Below, piece after piece: positions 31,097-32,000 of a stretch of DNA of 32,000 bases. Both the position numbers and the translations under genes were made by a program. Location of the stretch: assembly GCA_043808785.1 (NCBI GenBank), contig JAZDEL010000005.1:6483-38482 (forward strand). The letters are read 5' to 3'. The DNA comes from Candidatus Iainarchaeum sp. (GTDB lineage Archaea; Iainarchaeota; Iainarchaeia; Iainarchaeales; JAZDEL01). The notes beneath the pieces are model-generated. The model searched no databases. It saw only the letters and a program-made list of their open reading frames with translations, and was not told the DNA's origin. The first letter of the stretch is position 1, and every line of letters starts with the position of its first letter.

Positions 31097-32000
31097 ATGG
31101 AAGAAGCCGGGACATGGGAAACGGAAGCGTTGCGCGTTGTCGATTCCGCGACACGGAAGCAGCTGATTGAATACGACAACGAGCGCAAGGCGCAAGGGAT
31201 AAAACTGAACACGCGCAAAAGTTTCTGGCGCGCGATTATCCTGATTTCCGCAAGGGCAAAGAAGCCGATTGGCAAACTCAGCAAGCAGGAATTAATCGCG
31301 GTGTTCAACGCCCTCCTTTCTGAGAAGAAAACCAACTATGGGAAACTGTATGCCCTCAGGGATGCGCTGATTGAGAAGCGCACGCTTAGCACCAGGGAAA
31401 TCATGGCGCTATTTGAGACGGGAAAAGGTCAGCCGCTTTCGGACGTCCACGCGAAGAACCTCATGAAAAGCCTTGCCGAGAAATACTCCTGGGTGAAGCT
31501 GGTTCGCGGCTCGAATGTCGGCCACACCGAGAGCAGGATTGAGCTATCGGGGAAACCCGAGAAGGATTTGAACACCCCCATCCAGCAGTATGCCAGAATT
31601 TCTGTCGAAACGTATTTTTCGCAACTGCAAAAATTCCTAATCTGGCTGAACAACAACGAGATGCCCGAGAGCATCAGCTGGTTCAAAAAACCACGGAAGC
31701 ACGACAACGGGATACAGAACAAGCACTTGTGGACTGAGGAGGAGGTTAATTCTGCTATCGAGAAGGAACCCTCCGCACGGGGGAAGTGCATCTGGCAGGT
31801 GCTTTACGAATCCGCAGCGAGGAACCAGGAGTTCGTGGACCTGTGCATAAACTCCATTACCAAAAACGGCCAGACTTACATTTTGAGCTTGAAGGGAAAG
31901 ACAGGCGCCCGAGAGGTTCCGGTTGTTGCTTCTATTCCTTACTTGAACTCGTGGCTGAGTTTCCACCCGAACAAGGACGACGTTAGCTCCCCGCTGTTCC
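31097..32000 (+). CDS. Tyrosine recombinase / phage-type integrase (XerA-like), 5' part; continues past the window end
   Basis: This ORF is not in the supplied track. My hand translation from ATG 31097 is open to nt 32000 (301 codons). VLYESAARNQEFVDLCINSI and LKGKTGAREVPV match the box-I Arg region of tyrosine recombinases. tatttaaaata lies about 25 nt upstream. Confidence 0.7.
   Translation, partial: MEEAGTWETEALRVVDSATRKQLIEYDNERKAQGIKLNTRKSFWRAIILISARAKKPIGKLSKQELIAVFNALLSEKKTNYGKLYALRDALIEKRTLSTREIMALFETGKGQPLSDVHAKNLMKSLAEKYSWVKLVRGSNVGHTESRIELSGKPEKDLNTPIQQYARISVETYFSQLQKFLIWLNNNEMPESISWFKKPRKHDNGIQNKHLWTEEEVNSAIEKEPSARGKCIWQVLYESAARNQEFVDLCINSITKNGQTYILSLKGKTGAREVPVVASIPYLNSWLSFHPNKDDVSSPLF

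Noticed and set aside
23690-32000. One large integrated element bounded by the trm5 3' duplication on the left and the integrase on the right.
   Set aside because: The interval contains core housekeeping genes (adk, ahcY, scpA) at normal GC. The repeat is more simply linked to the small vapBC block, and the integrase to whatever lies beyond the window.

Overview
This is a GC-rich, tightly packed 32-kb chromosomal segment that looks archaeal. Supporting that call: diphthine synthase, Trm5, DUF357, a DUF63-like membrane protein, ScpA, a single-domain KaiC-like ATPase and a XerA-like tyrosine recombinase. Many ATGs sit about 25-35 nt downstream of an AT-rich TATA-like box (leaderless style), and a few genes have a GGAGGTGA-type SD. 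Adjacent genes often share 1-nt (TGATG) or 4-nt (ATGA/GTGA) stop/start overlaps. I found no rRNA, tRNA or CRISPR array.

Layout:
(i) 1-14.4 kb is a four-operon sugar/glycan tailoring island. It holds 4 GT4 glycosyltransferase domains, 5 class-I SAM methyltransferase domains (one fused to a GT), 3 radical-SAM enzymes with SPASM/twitch-type C-terminal Cys motifs, a NodB-type deacetylase, an SDR 4-epimerase and a NodU/TobZ-type carbamoyltransferase. It also shows recombination scars: an orphan methyltransferase 3' tail, a stop-codon loss and a low-GC gene.
(ii) 14.6-22.6 kb carries envelope proteins and small regulators. These include a secreted charged protein, a membrane protein plus wHTH ORF separated only by an A9 run, a NUDIX hydrolase, two small HTH ORFs of lower GC, acylphosphatase, dph5-DUF357, a secreted metzincin, an SdpI-like protein and a DUF63-like protein.
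(iii) 22.6-31 kb carries housekeeping genes (trm5, adk, a PfkB kinase, ahcY, scpA). They are interrupted by small accessory insertions: vapBC plus an unknown 215-aa ORF next to a duplicated trm5 3' end, a low-GC 122-aa orphan and a KaiC-like ATPase.
(iv) From 31.1 kb to the window end is the 5' part of a tyrosine recombinase.

The most interesting candidate for something undescribed is the radical-SAM / methyltransferase / carbamoyltransferase tailoring island. All functional calls come from reading motifs in the translations. No database search was run.
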